From Podarcis vaucheri (lineage: Eukaryota), in NCBI GenBank assembly GCA_965113315.1, contig OZ220373.1: 64,000 nucleotides of DNA; one strand, written 5' to 3'. Positions 1 to 12,112 of this stretch are shown here, one piece after another. The position numbers and the translations under genes are program-made. The first letter of the stretch is position 1. Every line of letters begins with the position of its first letter. The notes beneath the pieces are model-generated. The model ran no database searches. It was not told the origin of the DNA and saw only the letters and a program-made list of their open reading frames with translations.

Positions 1-385
1 GGTTCTCTATAGCTGGGCCTATATGTATTTTTTTTTTTAAAAAAATCAGTAGAGTTTATAAAGAAAAATACAAAGAGCTGGGCATAGTAACATTTTTTTC
101 TGGGTCATTGTGTTAACATGTGTTGCAATGCTTATACTTGTTACTAGGTGTCACTATAGTGTTCTCTGCACAATCAAATAACACTAATCAAAGTCAACAT
201 CTGTTATGGTTTCTTGGGTCACATATGCAAGGATTCTTTCATCGCACAGCTTTCGACAACCCCAGAGTCTCTTGGTAATGATTGTGTTCCCAAAGAGTGT
301 GCCCTTAGTCACATTACTTTAGCCTTGCCAGGATGTTCTATTCTACCCTAAACTAATTCGGCTGTCTGAGAAGAATAAGGGTGCT

Positions 386-388
<3 letters not shown>

Positions 389-446
<58 letters not shown>

Positions 447-470
447 TATTATTATTATTATTTATTATTT
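389..470. repeat. (TAA)n/(TTA)n microsatellite
   Basis: Direct reading; orientation flips at 445/446; adjoins the L2 3' end. Confidence 0.95.
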
Positions 471-790
471 ATACCCCGCCCATCTGGCTGATATTCTGGG
501 CGGCTTCCAAAAGAATATTAAAATACTATAATACATCAAACATTAAAAGCTTCCCGAAACAGGGCTGGCTTCAGATGTCTTCTAAAAGCCTGGTAGTTGT
601 TGTTCTCTTTGACATCTGGTGGGAGGGTGTTCCACAGGGAAGGCACCACTACCGAGAAGGCCCTCTGCCTGGTTCCCTGTAACTTGGCTTCTCGCAGTGA
701 GGGAACCGCCAGAAGGCCCTCGGTGCTGGACCTCAGTGTCCAGGCAGAACGATGGGGGTGGAGACGCTCCTTCAGATATACTGGTAGATT
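446..790 (-). mobile_element. L2-clade LINE 3' fragment
   Basis: ORF 536-859(-) reads YLKERLHPHRSAWTLRSS...RAFSVVVPSLWNTLP, typical of the L2 ORF2 C-terminus, followed by a simple-repeat tail. Confidence 0.8.
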
Positions 791-856
791 GGCCACGGTG
801 CTGATATCCTCACCAGTGACGATATCCTGGCAGAAAATGTACAGGTCACAATAGGG

Positions 857-1092
857 CAAGGGTAGGCAACCTGTGGCCCAATCGCCTTCTCAATCCGGCC
901 CGCGGACGGTCCAGGAATCAGCGTGGTTTTTACATGAGTAGAATGTGTGCTTTTATTTAAAAATGCATTTCTGGGGTATTTGTGGGACATAGGAATTTGT
1001 TCATCCCCCCCCCAAAAAAAAATACTCTGGCCCACCACATGGTCTGAGGGATGGTGGACCGGCCCACGGCTGAAAAAGGTTGCTGACCCCTG
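857..1092. mobile_element. hAT (Charlie-like) non-autonomous DNA transposon
   Basis: Ends caagggtaggcaac / gttgctgacccctg; 8-bp TSD caataggg/cagtaggg; same family as 26073-26304. Confidence 0.85.
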
Positions 1093-1734
1093 CAGTAGGG
1101 GATGGAAGATGTAAAGTTTCTTCTCTTGACAGCATGAGTCACACCTTATCTCACACTATAGCAAGGGGGCTGAGGTCATAAGCCTGGGTGATCAGCTTCT
1201 CTATAGTTACTTTGGTGATGTTCCAGGGAAGCTTCAAACAAAGCTGCAGTAACTTACATAGCAGTAGGATATGTAGATTACACTGCAGTGTCCTAATCCT
1301 CTCTGAAATGCACGTATGTGGTTTGCATACCAAAAGCAACCCAGTAGTTACCTTCCAGCAAAAATATGTTGACATAGCAACAGGTTTAATACCTGTCAAG
1401 GCCAGGCTGGAGCGGCGAGTGGTCAGTTGTAAAGTTGTACCTGAAGGACATAGCTTCCCACTCATGGCCTCGAGCTTAGTTGCTGGAGCTCTGTGGGGAC
1501 TTGGAATAGGACTTTGTGGCCTGAAACATAACAAGCAGAAGGTCCTGCTCTATTGACCAAGTGACTCAGGAGGTCTGACTTTTACTTATTCCGACCACGC
1601 CTTGCCAGTTCAGTGGCTTCTTTCTGCCTTTCAGTTTCTGGAGGCAAAGCTGTGCACTCTTATTCCATACTTGAAGAGGGTTCTGCTGACAGAGAACAAT
1701 AATTTCCATAAACTGGGTTAAAGCGAAGATAACA

Positions 1735-2192
1735 AAAGAGACTTGTGGCATATTAAACACCCAACATACGTATTGCACCATAAGCTTTCATGGGGACGCA
1801 GGTGGCACTGTGGGTTAAACCACAGAGCCTAGGACTTGCCGATCAGAAGGTCGGCAGCTCGAATCCTGCGACGGGGTAAGCTCCCGTCGCTCAGTCCCAG
1901 CTCCTGCCAACCTAGCAGTACGAAAGCACAAAGTGCAAGTAGATAAATAGGTACCGCTCCAGCGGGAAGGTAAACGGCATTTCCGTTCCCTTTTCTGGTT
2001 CGCCAGAAGCGGCTTAGTCATGCTGGCCACATGACCCAGAAGCTGTCTGCGGACAAACGCCGGCTCCCTCGGCCAATAAAGCGAGATGAGCGCCGCAACC
2101 CCAGAGTCGGTCACGACGGGACCTAATGGCCAGGGGTCCCTTTACCTTACCTTTAAGCTTTCATGGACCACAGTCCACTTCATCAGATGCCA
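1735..2192 (-). mobile_element. Penelope-like element remnant with minimal hammerhead motif, interrupted by a Sauria SINE
   Basis: Minus strand 2190-2154 reads GCAT CTGATGA A GTGGAC TGTG GTCCAT GAAA GC TT A and continues at 1780-1735 once the SINE is removed. Confidence 0.65.
1793..2153 (+). mobile_element. Sauria SINE, full length
   Basis: tRNA-like head gggacgcaggtggcactgtgggttaaacc; (ACCTTT)-type tail; TSD taagctttcatg at 1781-1792 and 2154-2165. Confidence 0.93.
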
Positions 2193-2623
2193 TGATGTGC
2201 ATGCCTACATTGGCAAGCATATACAGTATTCAGATGTGCTGGGAGAATGTAAAGTAGTGAGATGAGAGCAGACCAAAGTTGAATGTTGGGGTGTGTGTGG
2301 AAATTAGCCTGAAAGCAAAATAGCTACAGTGACCAATTGACAAGGCAGCTTCAGCGATAACACAAACATCCTTTCATTTGCTAGTTAATTAGCGCGCACA
2401 CAGTGTGATTGGGGGGGGGAAATCCCTTAGAACTGAATTGCTTGATAAATTGTAATTTGGTCCTTTTTCTGCTGGAGTTTCCCTTTGAAGTTCTTTTGAA
2501 GAATGACCACCTTAAGGTCAGATACCGCATGTCATGGCAGCCTGAAACATCCTCCTCCTGCTTTCCTGATATTGCCACCAGGTCCCAGGCTGATCTAAGG
2601 TCATATTTATATACTTTGTAATA

Positions 2624-3245
2624 CAGTGGAGGCTGGTCAGTTGAGACAAATGGGGTAAAGGTAAAGGGACCCCTGACCATTAGGTCCAGTCGTGACCAAT
2701 TCTGGGGTTGCAGCGCTCATCTCGCTTTATTGGCTGAAGGAGCCAGCGTACAGCTTCCGGGTCATGTGGCCAGCATGACTAAGCCGCTTCTGGCAAACCA
2801 GAGCAGCACATGGAAACGCCGTTTACCTTCCCACCGGTGAGGTACCTATTTATCTACTTGCACTCTGACGTGCTTTCGAACTGCTAGGTTGGCAGGAGCA
2901 GGGACCGAACAATGGGAGCTCACCCCATTGCAGGGATTGGAACTACCAACCTTCTGATTGGCAAGTCCTAGGCTCTGTGGTTTAACCCACAGCGCCACCT
3001 GTGTCCCCGACAAATGGGGTACTGCTCCATAAAAAGTCAACCTGACCTCAGCCAGACCCCATTTGCCTGCCATCTTAATTTACAACCAATCCAGGGGATG
3101 GCACTGTGTGTCAACATCCTTCTTTGGTCTTAGTGTAACTCAGAGAAGGGAACAAAATTAGAATGTGTTGGCTCTGCTTGGCTGGCTTTGGCTCTGCCTA
3201 CCACTGGCCGGCCCTACCAGACCCAATGGACACCAGCCACCACTG
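2624..3245. mobile_element. Possible old hAT-like MITE hosting the Sauria SINE
   Basis: Inverted termini cagtggaggctgg / ccagccaccactg; no clear TSD. Confidence 0.4.
2658..3008 (-). mobile_element. Sauria SINE, full length
   Basis: Reverse complement of the 1793 family; TSD gacaaatggggta at 2645-2657 and 3009-3021. Confidence 0.93.
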
Positions 3246-4669
3246 GCTTGATGCCTAGATGGATGAAATAGATTGTGCAACAATGTTAGAGAATAATTTA
3301 AAATACACCAGAATTAAAATACACAGTTAAACAATCCTATTAAAATATGACCAACCCTGTTCAAATCCTGAATGGCAGGACCCAAAATCCTATAAAATAA
3401 ACCTTAGTCTCCCGGGATAAAACCTGACCATTTTCAATCCAAGCTTGAAAAATCAAATGGACGGGCAACACACATACCCAACATTTTTAAAGTAATGATG
3501 GAGCAACTGTGGCACTTGCATGTTGCTGGACTTTCAACCTTCAGCAACCCATGGTCATTGGCCATGCTGGCTGGAGCTGAAAGGAGTTGGCTTAGCAATG
3601 ACCCTAGTTTAAAGATCGACCTAGGATACAGTGTGAAGTGCCATCAGAGTTGCAGGTTGCTTTGTGATAGTTGAAATAGTTAAGATTGTTTACTTTGGAG
3701 CAATGCAGAAGGCATTTGTGTCTAGTAGGTAAAGTGATTATGTGTCTGGGTGTGCTGGACCCATTTTATTCTGGTCTGGTTTCCAGAGTTTACTGGCCAA
3801 GCCTTCATAATGTTGAGCACCAGTGTTCACTAAAGTAAGTTTCATTTGCACAGCCGTAAATATTTGAAAAGCAATGGGGCTCCAGCCTTGTAACCCAACA
3901 CCTACAATGATAATCTACGTTAGCTGTCTTGAGTTTCAATAGCATGCAAAACTCTTGGGAGTCTGCAGTCAAGGTCAGATGCCTACTTTATGACATCAGG
4001 CCCTGAAATGTTTTAATGTTGTTAACTGAAAGAAAGCTGGGAGGGGAAGGGAGACACCAGAATAATTAAAGGAAAGCTAAGTTGCCAAGATAGATCTGGG
4101 GGGGAGGACTTCAGGGAGGTGGCAAAGTATAGGCGATCTAAGGACATTTGAATAATTGCTACACCTACTCTGAATTTTGTGGAAGGATTTGGCAAAGAAA
4201 TGATGGCCAGTATCCAAAGAATTGTGGAGCTTATTCTGTGAGCCCAAAATGCTTCACATTATAACTGGGTTTGTCTCCCAAACAGCCCAATGTGCTGGAT
4301 GGCAAACTGCTTTTAAAACTGGCTCTGTGTGTGTGTGTACACATGCCAAAAGCAATTTCCCAAGCACAAAATGGGACAAGTTGTTGCTGATTAAAGGAAG
4401 AAACTTAAGCTCCACTGGGTGAGCATAAACCAGTGGTAGGGGGACATGTCGCCTGGGGGCAACATGAAGCCCCTGACTAATTTATTGCCACCTTCTGAAT
4501 ATTGCCACACACAGACCGAGAGATGGGGTGGCACAGAGGCAGAGGGCAGTGGAAGGCAGCAAATGCCCTGTACATTTGGCTTACCCTCCACTGCCAGCCC
4601 AATGCGCTATCCTTTGAGGAATGTCACTCACCCACAGCATAAAGCTTTCAACTAGTCTAAACCAGCAAT

Positions 4670-4850
4670 ATAAGGCAGCTTCCTATGCTACATAAGACCA
4701 TAGGTCTACTTAGCTTAGTATTGTCTACACTGGCTGGAAGCAGCTCTCCAAAATTTCTCCCAGTGGGTTCTCTCTTGGGATGCTGAGATTTGAAATTAGA
4801 ACCTTCTGCATTCAAAGCTGAGGCTCCGACACTGAGCTGCAGGCCCTCCC
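4670..4850 (-). mobile_element. Old tRNA(Ala-like)-derived SINE, degenerate
   Basis: Same family as 27461-27765, 31368-31535, 37710-37830 and 49225-49390 (gctcagtggtagagca...tgcatgcagaagg...gtgtagacaatactgag). Confidence 0.55.
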
Positions 4851-4882
4851 CAAATTCGCTGGATTCTGGCCTTTGCATAATA

Positions 4883-5208
4883 CAGTGGTGCCTCGCAAGA
4901 CGAAAAGAATCCGTTCTGTGATTCTCTTCGTCTAGCGGTTTTTTTGTCTTGCGAAGCAAGCCCATTAGCGGATTAGCGCTATTAGCGGCTATTAGCGGCT
5001 TATCTGCTGATCGGATCAGCTGATAAGCGGCTTAGCGGCTTAGAAAAAGGGGGGGGAGGGAAAAAACCAGCAGGAACTCGCAAGACATTGTCATCTTGCG
5101 AAGCAAGCCCATAGGAAATTCGTTTTGCGAAGCACCTCCAAAACGGAAAACTCTTTCGTCTAGCAAGTTTTCCGTCTTGCGAGGCATTCGTCTTGCAGGG
5201 CACCACTG
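4883..5208. mobile_element. Tigger/pogo-type MITE (family A) with internal TTAGCGGC(TA) tandem repeats
   Basis: TA TSD on both sides; TIR cagtggtgcctcgcaagacgaa / ttcgtcttgcagggcaccactg. Confidence 0.88.
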
Positions 5209-6890
5209 TACGTTGTTCTATGACTACTTCAGATTTCATTGCTTTTGAGGGGGGTGGGGATAACTCGTTCAGCTCATGCCGGGAAGCTTCAGGCAGTATC
5301 TCTGCCTCAGAATGTCTCTCTCTGGTCTTCCCAGATGCCTGGTGCAACTCAGAATGACCTCTTGCGCATCTGGTGTGTGTGTGTGGTGCTGGCTAAGGCA
5401 ACGTACCACTTAATAGGTATTGTGGCCAGCTCTGTTCTTGAATTCCTTCTATGCAGGAATTTACTCCTGGCAGGAAGTGGAAACCAATGGCACGGATTCC
5501 ATTACAAACATGCCAGAAACAATTGGGTATGTTTCTAATAAGGAACTCTTCACTGGCCCACATGCAGGAGAGGGTGAGCCCTACTCTTAACGAAGGCTAC
5601 TTTTGGCCGTTCTGTGATGCTGGAAACCAGAGAAACAAATCCTTTGTATTTAAGGCATAAAACCTTGGCTGAAATCCAGAGAATCGTGTGACCAGCCAGG
5701 CTCCATTGTCGCCTGTGGAAGGCAATGAATGATCTGCAAGTGAAGGTCATTCTGTAACCAAAAAAGCAATGCTAGGATGCTGGCCCCTGGTCCCTTATCT
5801 CAACAAGTGAGTTGTTTATGCACATGGAATTAAGGACATATGTAACCTCTTATGTACAGCAGCATTTGGTTCCTCTTGACCCAGTGACTTTTGGCTTATT
5901 GATTCCCAACTAGGGAATGAGAGGATTTATGAACACTGATGGGGATTTATGCTTCTCGTCCCCAAGAGCATTTAAAATAGCATCTAGCAAACGATTCTGA
6001 GTCTGAGGCTACTCCCTAGTCTGTGTATAAATTCTCCAGTCCTCACGTCCGCAAATGCAGTGGCTCTGGGAGACAAATAAATTGAATTTTCATCTTTCAT
6101 CCTTTTTTTATCCCCTCTTTGTCCCAGAGCATAACGTGAGTCCTTCTCCTGCAAATATTGGCTGTTGTGCATAAAAGTAGATTTGCTTTAAATTGAAAGC
6201 TAGTTCCCCTTCTTTTTCTTTTCTTTTGACCTAAGCCAAAGGACGCTTGGAGCTTTTTCACATGATTCTCTAGGCATGTGGTAGGCATTTGCTTGGAGAA
6301 GTATGTGCATGTTGAATCTTGGAGTGATGCAGTTGTATACATAGGTTGCCAGAAATGGGGCTTGGCTTTTGGCATGCCACCTCAAAACACCCTTTTCAAG
6401 CATTTGCAGTGGCATGCCAACCTTTTTAAAGGTTCCTATAGATTGGCTGCTTTTATTGTGCAAGTCAGTCTGGGAACATTTACATTGAAAGTTGCCAAAG
6501 AGCAGTTTCCCGCAGCGTGGTGCCTTCCTGATGTTTTAGACTACGGCTCCTATCCTCCCTGAACTTGGGCCATGCTAGCTGGTGCTGATGAAATCCAGCG
6601 TAACTGGAGGGTACCAGATTGAGGTCTGCACCTGGTTGTGGATCCACACAACCAGCTGCCTATCACAACTCCTATGACATATATATAGTGTCTGTTGTAC
6701 ATTCAGCATCTGTGTGAAAAGGCCCTTAGCTGGGAGCAGTGTTAGAAATTCCCCAGTTGCCAGGCACGTATTGCTACTGGCTTGGGTCCAATAGTGACTA
6801 CGTGGAGATCTTTGGATGCCAGGCTGGCAACTAATATCTCCATCTGGCTGGACCCTCCAGCTTTCTTAAGCAGCCAAGCAGAGGAGCTTG

Positions 6891-7079
6891 CTTACTGCAT
6901 TTATATCCCACCCTTTTTCTCTCCAAAGAGTACATGGTTCACCCCCCTCCTTAGTTAATCCCTACAATGACCCTTTGGGGTAGGTTAAGAGGCTGTGAGA
7001 AGGCTACCCAGTGAGCTTCATGACCGAGTGGGGACTGGATCTCCCATGTCTTAGTCCAACACTCTAACCACTACACCAC
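6891..7079 (-). mobile_element. Old tRNA-derived SINE (Squam3/MIR-like)
   Basis: Ends in ctctaaccactacaccac (reverse of gtggtgtagtggttagag); ccagtgagcttcatg core. Confidence 0.6.
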
Positions 7080-7366
7080 CAAAGTGGTTGCCTACAGTAC
7101 TTCTGCTGTGGGGCAGCTTTGTAAATTACCGGTAGGTAGGTAAATAGGGGGAGAGCAAAATGTTACTTTGAGAAGGATCTGAAATACTTTCATTGAAGCT
7201 TTATTTGTTCTATTTGATGTTTTAAAGTGTTGTGAACCACTTCGAGATTTTTCTTTAAAATATAAAGCTGTATAGAAATGAAACTTCGCTGCAGAAAAAG
7301 CCCCCTAGACATTCTACTGTAAAGACAGTCACCTAGGTATAAGATGCCATTTGGCAGTTGGCTTAT

Positions 7367-7505
7367 ATCATAGAATTGTAGAGTTGGAAGGCACCCTGAG
7401 AATCGTCTAGTCCAACCCCCTGCAATGCAGAAATATGCAACTGTCCCATATGAGGATCAAACCTGCAACCATAGTGTTATCAGCACCATGCTCTAATCAG
7501 CTGAA
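7367..7505 (-). mobile_element. SINE with tRNA-Ile-like head and CR1-derived tail
   Basis: Reverse strand tcagctgattagagcatggtgctgataacac...ggtttgatcc, then tgcattgcagggggttggactag...ttctatgat. Confidence 0.7.
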
Positions 7506-7574
7506 TGATCTATATAACTGAGTTTCAAACACTGTCTATGAGTCTCTGTGAGTTTCATCTACGTAATTCTTATA

Positions 7575-7815
7575 TAGTGGTACCTTGGGTTACAGACGCT
7601 TCAGGTTACAGACGCTTCAGGTTACAGACTCCGCTAACCCAGAAATAGTACCTCAGGTTAAGAACTTTGCTCAGAATAAGAACAGAAATCACACAGCGGT
7701 GGCGCAGTGGCAGCAGGAGGCCCCATTAGCTAAAGTGGTACCTCAGGTTAAGAACAGTTTCAGGTTAAAAACGGACCTCCAGAACAAATGAAGTTCTTAA
7801 CCCGAGGTACCACTG
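7575..7815. mobile_element. Tigger/pogo-type MITE (family B)
   Basis: Termini tagtggtaccttgggtta / taacccgaggtaccactg; inverted copy at 18541-18762. Confidence 0.85.
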
Positions 7816-7863
7816 CATAGGATTGGACTGAAAATTAGCATGAAGGCCGACACATGTTCTAAA

Positions 7864-7990
7864 CAGAGGCTGGGAACCTGTAGCCCTCCAGATGTTGCCG
7901 AACTACATCCCCATTATTCCTGGCCTTTGGCCATTCTGGTTTGAGCTGATGGAAGTTGGGAATCCAACCACACCTGGAGGTTCCCCATCA
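7864..7990. mobile_element. Palindromic ~130-bp hAT-like MITE (about 10 degenerate copies in the window)
   Basis: gggaacctgtagccctccagatgttg...ggccatgctggctggggctgatgggagttgtagtcc pattern. Other copies near 3500-3600, 6515-6625, 24674-24804, 27589-27719, 33392-33525, 51075-51160, 54955-55093, 57018-57120 and 57675-57775. Confidence 0.7.
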
Positions 7991-10362
7991 TTTCTTCCCA
8001 TTCTTCTCTCTGGGAAGGAGAGATCATGGCTGCTCTGATGTGATTTATGCAGATTTTTATAGCCCCATCTATGCACAGCGGTGCAGAGCTAGCAACAGTT
8101 ATTACACAACAAAATTCCCACTGAACTAATAACTTTTCGTGCTTACTCTTGTTTGTTGAAAGAAAATGTAAAAGAAAACTCAGTGTGACACCTTTCAGAT
8201 TATTTCTGGGGTGGGGAATGGGGGGAAACAGATTCTTTGTAAATGCAGGAAGAATTTTTAATGGTCTGGTGGGTACATGAGCTGCTCATAAGTCTTTACT
8301 GGTATATGGGGCTGAGATTGTCAGTGATGTTCTTGAAAGTCTTCTCAAGGCAGCTGTTATTTGCAAGCATGTTTAAACCCCATAATATATTTCGTCTGAA
8401 ACACAATTCCCTATTGCATTCGGTGCACTTAGCCATAAGCTGTAGTAGCTACCAGTGGAACTGGCTGTATCTTCAGTGCTTCCAGTAATGTCATTTTATA
8501 TAATGTCAGGATGTATGCTGAGGGTTGATAAAAGCTGTGAGACTGGCTGTCATCCATCTTCCACTTGCATCTTCCTGTTTTGACATTGACTGTTTGGGAA
8601 AGCCCTCTTCAAAGGCATGCGTTATATACATATTCACTTTAAAAAGGACCCTGGAATACAAAAAGAAAGCCAGAGAAGCTGTTAATGAGCTATTTTGTTT
8701 CCAGAAAATGCCTGTGACTTGTACATTTCAGTTGTCTGCTGTTTACAAGATGGCTTGATTTAAAGTCTTCTGCCAATTTATGGGTTCTGGTTCCAAAGAG
8801 TGGAATACTGCAACTCCTTTTGCTGATTCTCAGACTTGCTTGTTGTGTGAGCAGGACAAGAAAAGGCAAAGGCCCTGAAATAAAGACCTAAAGGTTGGTT
8901 TTCTAGCATGGCAGAACTTGCATTTAAATCTCAGTTATAAGTACAGATCTCCTGATTTACTGCAAATTAATTCAATCCTTCACCTGTGCTCTTCCTGTTC
9001 CAAACTCTTGGCTCCCTGGTTCCCTAAGGGCCAATTAACGGATTTGACAAAAACCATGTTTGCATTTAGCTTGCTATGGTGAACACAGGAGATGGCGCAA
9101 GTTACAACAGTCTGGCAAATCGGCACATGCCAGGGAGACAAAATTAAGGGTGGCACCCTTGCGCATGTCCCAGCATTTTCCCTTCGCACACTGGGGTGTT
9201 GCAGCAAATATCACTGCTGAATTGTAGAAGGCTCAGTCTATTGGGCTTCAGGCCCGGAGACTGGGAAGCAAAGCCCTGTGAGATCAAGGGTGGTACTTGC
9301 TCAAGAAGAGAGTTTGGCTCATAGAGGTACCACTTTCTTTCTCTCTTTCTCATCTCAAGCCTCAGCTGATCCACCTGTGCAGAATCTTCCCATCATCCCT
9401 CACAAAACTAGGTGTGTTTTAGGGTTGACTAGGAGGAGGTTACTGTTAAGTCAGTTTCAGTCTGTAGCATAGAGATCCTCTGGAAGAGTTGCTAAGCTAC
9501 ATACTGTCACTTCCTTAGTTCCAACAGATAACTGGCATATACTGTAGGCAAATCAAAGTACTTGGGACTGAACTTGTAGCAGTTTCGCAGTGCACATGTC
9601 ACAATGCCTTAGCTTCCACCCTATTAGCAACTTTGCTGTCCTCCGTGAACATCCGGGGGGGTGATTTTGCAACTCAATGGCAACCATCGGATCTGCTCTG
9701 CTAATGATATGTCACAATGCGTTATCCCTTTCAGTGGGAAAACCTGTTTTGGTTTCTTATCTCAATAGAGCTTTTAGGTAGTAGGTGCTATGGTGTATGC
9801 TGGTACCTGTAATGACGCAACGCTTATATTGACCTTTGGTGCAAAGTTGAGCAAGTGCTAGTAGAAACTTGCTGCTGTTCACTCAGTATGCATGTGAGCA
9901 GCTGGATTCTTAGGGTCAGTTGCTGCTGTTAATAGACAGAAGTGGGCAAGAAGAGGTGGCTTCGCTTTTCATATTGACAGCAGTAGTGCACTACTTCTTT
10001 AGGGTACATTTTGCAAGGTTGCTCGACCTCCAAAGTAGAGCCAATCTTCAGTAGAGCCTTATCTTTGGCGGGAGGCCTGTCCTTGCTTAGACACTGCCCC
10101 AAGCACACATAACAAATGCGGGATCAGCTGTTGTCACACAAGTGTACCACCAACTGCACTGTAGTTTCATACGTTTTGTCCCTCGCAACACTGATACCCC
10201 TCCAGACTTTTGGCTTTTGGTAGTGCCTATATATGAGGTCCAAGCAGGAGACTTAGGAGAATGAGCGAGTGCAAACCAAACACTTAACAATGGGGACATG
10301 AAACATCCGGGGGCTATCTTGGTCTGCTGAGACATTCCATCCCTGACCTGGAAGTCACTATA

Positions 10363-10618
10363 CAGTGGTGCCTCGCAAGACGAAAAGAATTCGTTCCGCG
10401 AGTCTTTTCGTCTTGCGATGTTTTTCGTCTTGCGAAGCACGGTCCGTCGCAACTGCGCCTCTTCAAGCGGCTTTAAAAAAAAAAGTGCAAGACGTTTTCG
10501 TCTTGCGAAGCAAGCCCATAGGGAAATTCGTCTAGCGAAGCAACGCAAAAACGGGAAACCCTTTCATCTAGTGAGTTTTTCGTCTTGCGAGGCATTCGTC
10601 TTGCGGGGCGCACCACTG
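10363..10618. mobile_element. Tigger/pogo-type MITE (family A)
   Basis: TA TSD on both sides; same TIRs as 4883-5208. Confidence 0.88.
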
Positions 10619-11085
10619 TACTTTAAACAAAATAATACCAAGAAAAATGATCGAAGGTGGGGTTGGAGCAGAAAGCTTGCATCCCTGGAATTCATTTGCA
10701 AGTTTTATTTTTGTCGGCTGCAGTTCTGATAATAGCCTCCTTCCCTTCCCAACACTTTATTTCTGTATGGAGTATCAAGCTGGGGTGAACCAGGGAGAGA
10801 CAGATGATTATTAGGTACGGAGATAGAGACAAGGGTTGTGTAGTGGATACAGTCAAATAATATTGTCTTGCTAATTTTTAGAAAGCAGTGAAGTCACAAG
10901 AATGACACACCTTGTATTGTGGCTTATGAATGTGGGTTTCATTGTCGCTCCAAAGTACCTACCTCACCTCCACATGGTGCTAATGTTTAGTGTTCATCAT
11001 CCAACGCATTTCTTGTTCAAAGGAGTGTCTGCTCCCTTCCATGCTGCTTTTGAGCACTGTGATCTTGTGGGGTGGAATCCTGTCC

Positions 11086-11190
11086 CTCAGGGTCATGGGT
11101 TTGAGCCCCACGTTGGCCAAAAGATTCCTGCATTGCAGGGAGATGGGACTTGATGACACTTGTGTCCCCAACAGTTCTAGGATTCTATGA
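11086..11190 (+). mobile_element. tRNA-Lys/CR1-tail SINE, 5'-truncated
   Basis: ctcagggtcatgggtttgagccccacgttgg matches the tRNA-Lys(CTT) 3' half; tail ends ggattctatga. Confidence 0.7.
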
Positions 11191-11480
11191 GAGGGTTCAC
11201 TACAGCTTGCTATCCTTTTGCATGCCAGTGCCTTACTAACTAATAGGAAGAGGGTGCTTTGCAGCATCTGACCTTGCCAGGCCTGTCAAAATGGTGTGAC
11301 CATGCACCAGCCTTTGTGCCTAATTTTGACCCTCATGACCCTCCCCACAAGACCCCACCAATTTGGAAAGCTGCAGCAAAAAGAAAAAAGTAGACATGTT
11401 GCTGGGGTGGGGGCAGAGAGGTCGTCACATCACTCGGCAGTCATGCGAGGCAGAGAGGTCTCCACATGGCCAAGCATGGG

Positions 11481-11761
11481 AAGAAGAAGAGGAGGAGGAG
11501 GAGGAGGAGGAGGAGGAGGAGTAGTTTGGATTTGATATTCCGCTTTGTCACTACCCGAAGGAGTCTCAAAGCAGCTAACAATCTCCTTTCCCTTCCTCCT
11601 CCACAACAAACACTCTGTGAGATGAGTGGGGCTGAGATACTTCACAGAAGTGTGACTAGCCCAAGGTCACCCAGCAGCTGCATGTGGAGGAGCGGAGACA
11701 TGAACCCGGTTCACCAGATTACGAGTCTACTGCTCTTAACCACTACACCACACTGGCTCTC
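11481..11761 (-). mobile_element. Young tRNA-derived SINE (Squam3-like) with (CTT)/(CCT)n tail
   Basis: Reverse strand starts gagagccagtgtggtgtagtggttaagagc with A/B-box-like motifs; near-identical copy at 33913-34137. Confidence 0.85.
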
Positions 11762-11806
11762 AATGCAAGTTGACCCTTCCCCACCTATCTAGGCATTTTA
11801 GCGGTG

Positions 11807-12112
11807 CAGTGGTGTAGCAGGGGCAGTGCCACAGGGAGGGTTGGGGCGCAAAATTTCAAAAGAAAAAAAGTAGTAATAATAAAAGTGCAACCTTCCCATC
11901 ACACAGAAAATTCACCCAGTGTTTGCATGGGTGGACAGAGGCAGATTTGGGCAACAGCCTATCCTGCTCTCCACCATGCTAAATGCTCATGGGGCTGCAG
12001 CTGCCACTTGGGTAGATCATGGAGCTATTGCCCCTTGGTTCCTGCCTATTGGCTGGTGATTTTGAGGATACTTGCCTTGCCCCGGGCGCTAGCAAGCCAC
12101 GCTATACCACTG
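11807..12112. mobile_element. hAT-like MITE with apparent 6-bp TSD
   Basis: TIR cagtggtgtagcagg / ccacgctataccactg; gcggtg on both sides. Confidence 0.6.

Larger units (their letters stand above)
6737..7534. mobile_element. Possible old hAT element (CAGTGTT termini) containing two nested SINEs
   Basis: cagtgttagaaa ... tttcaaacactg; flanks gctgggag/tctatgag match 5 of 8. Confidence 0.45.

Noticed and set aside
4883-5208. CRISPR-like reiterated gtcttgcg/cgcaagacgaa motifs
   Set aside because: Subterminal repeats of a TA-flanked MITE in vertebrate DNA; irregular spacing and no cas genes.
11466-11792. Protamine-like poly-Arg ORF (and poly-Glu/Thr ORF at 46712-47245)
   Set aside because: Translations of trinucleotide tails of a SINE and an RTE LINE.
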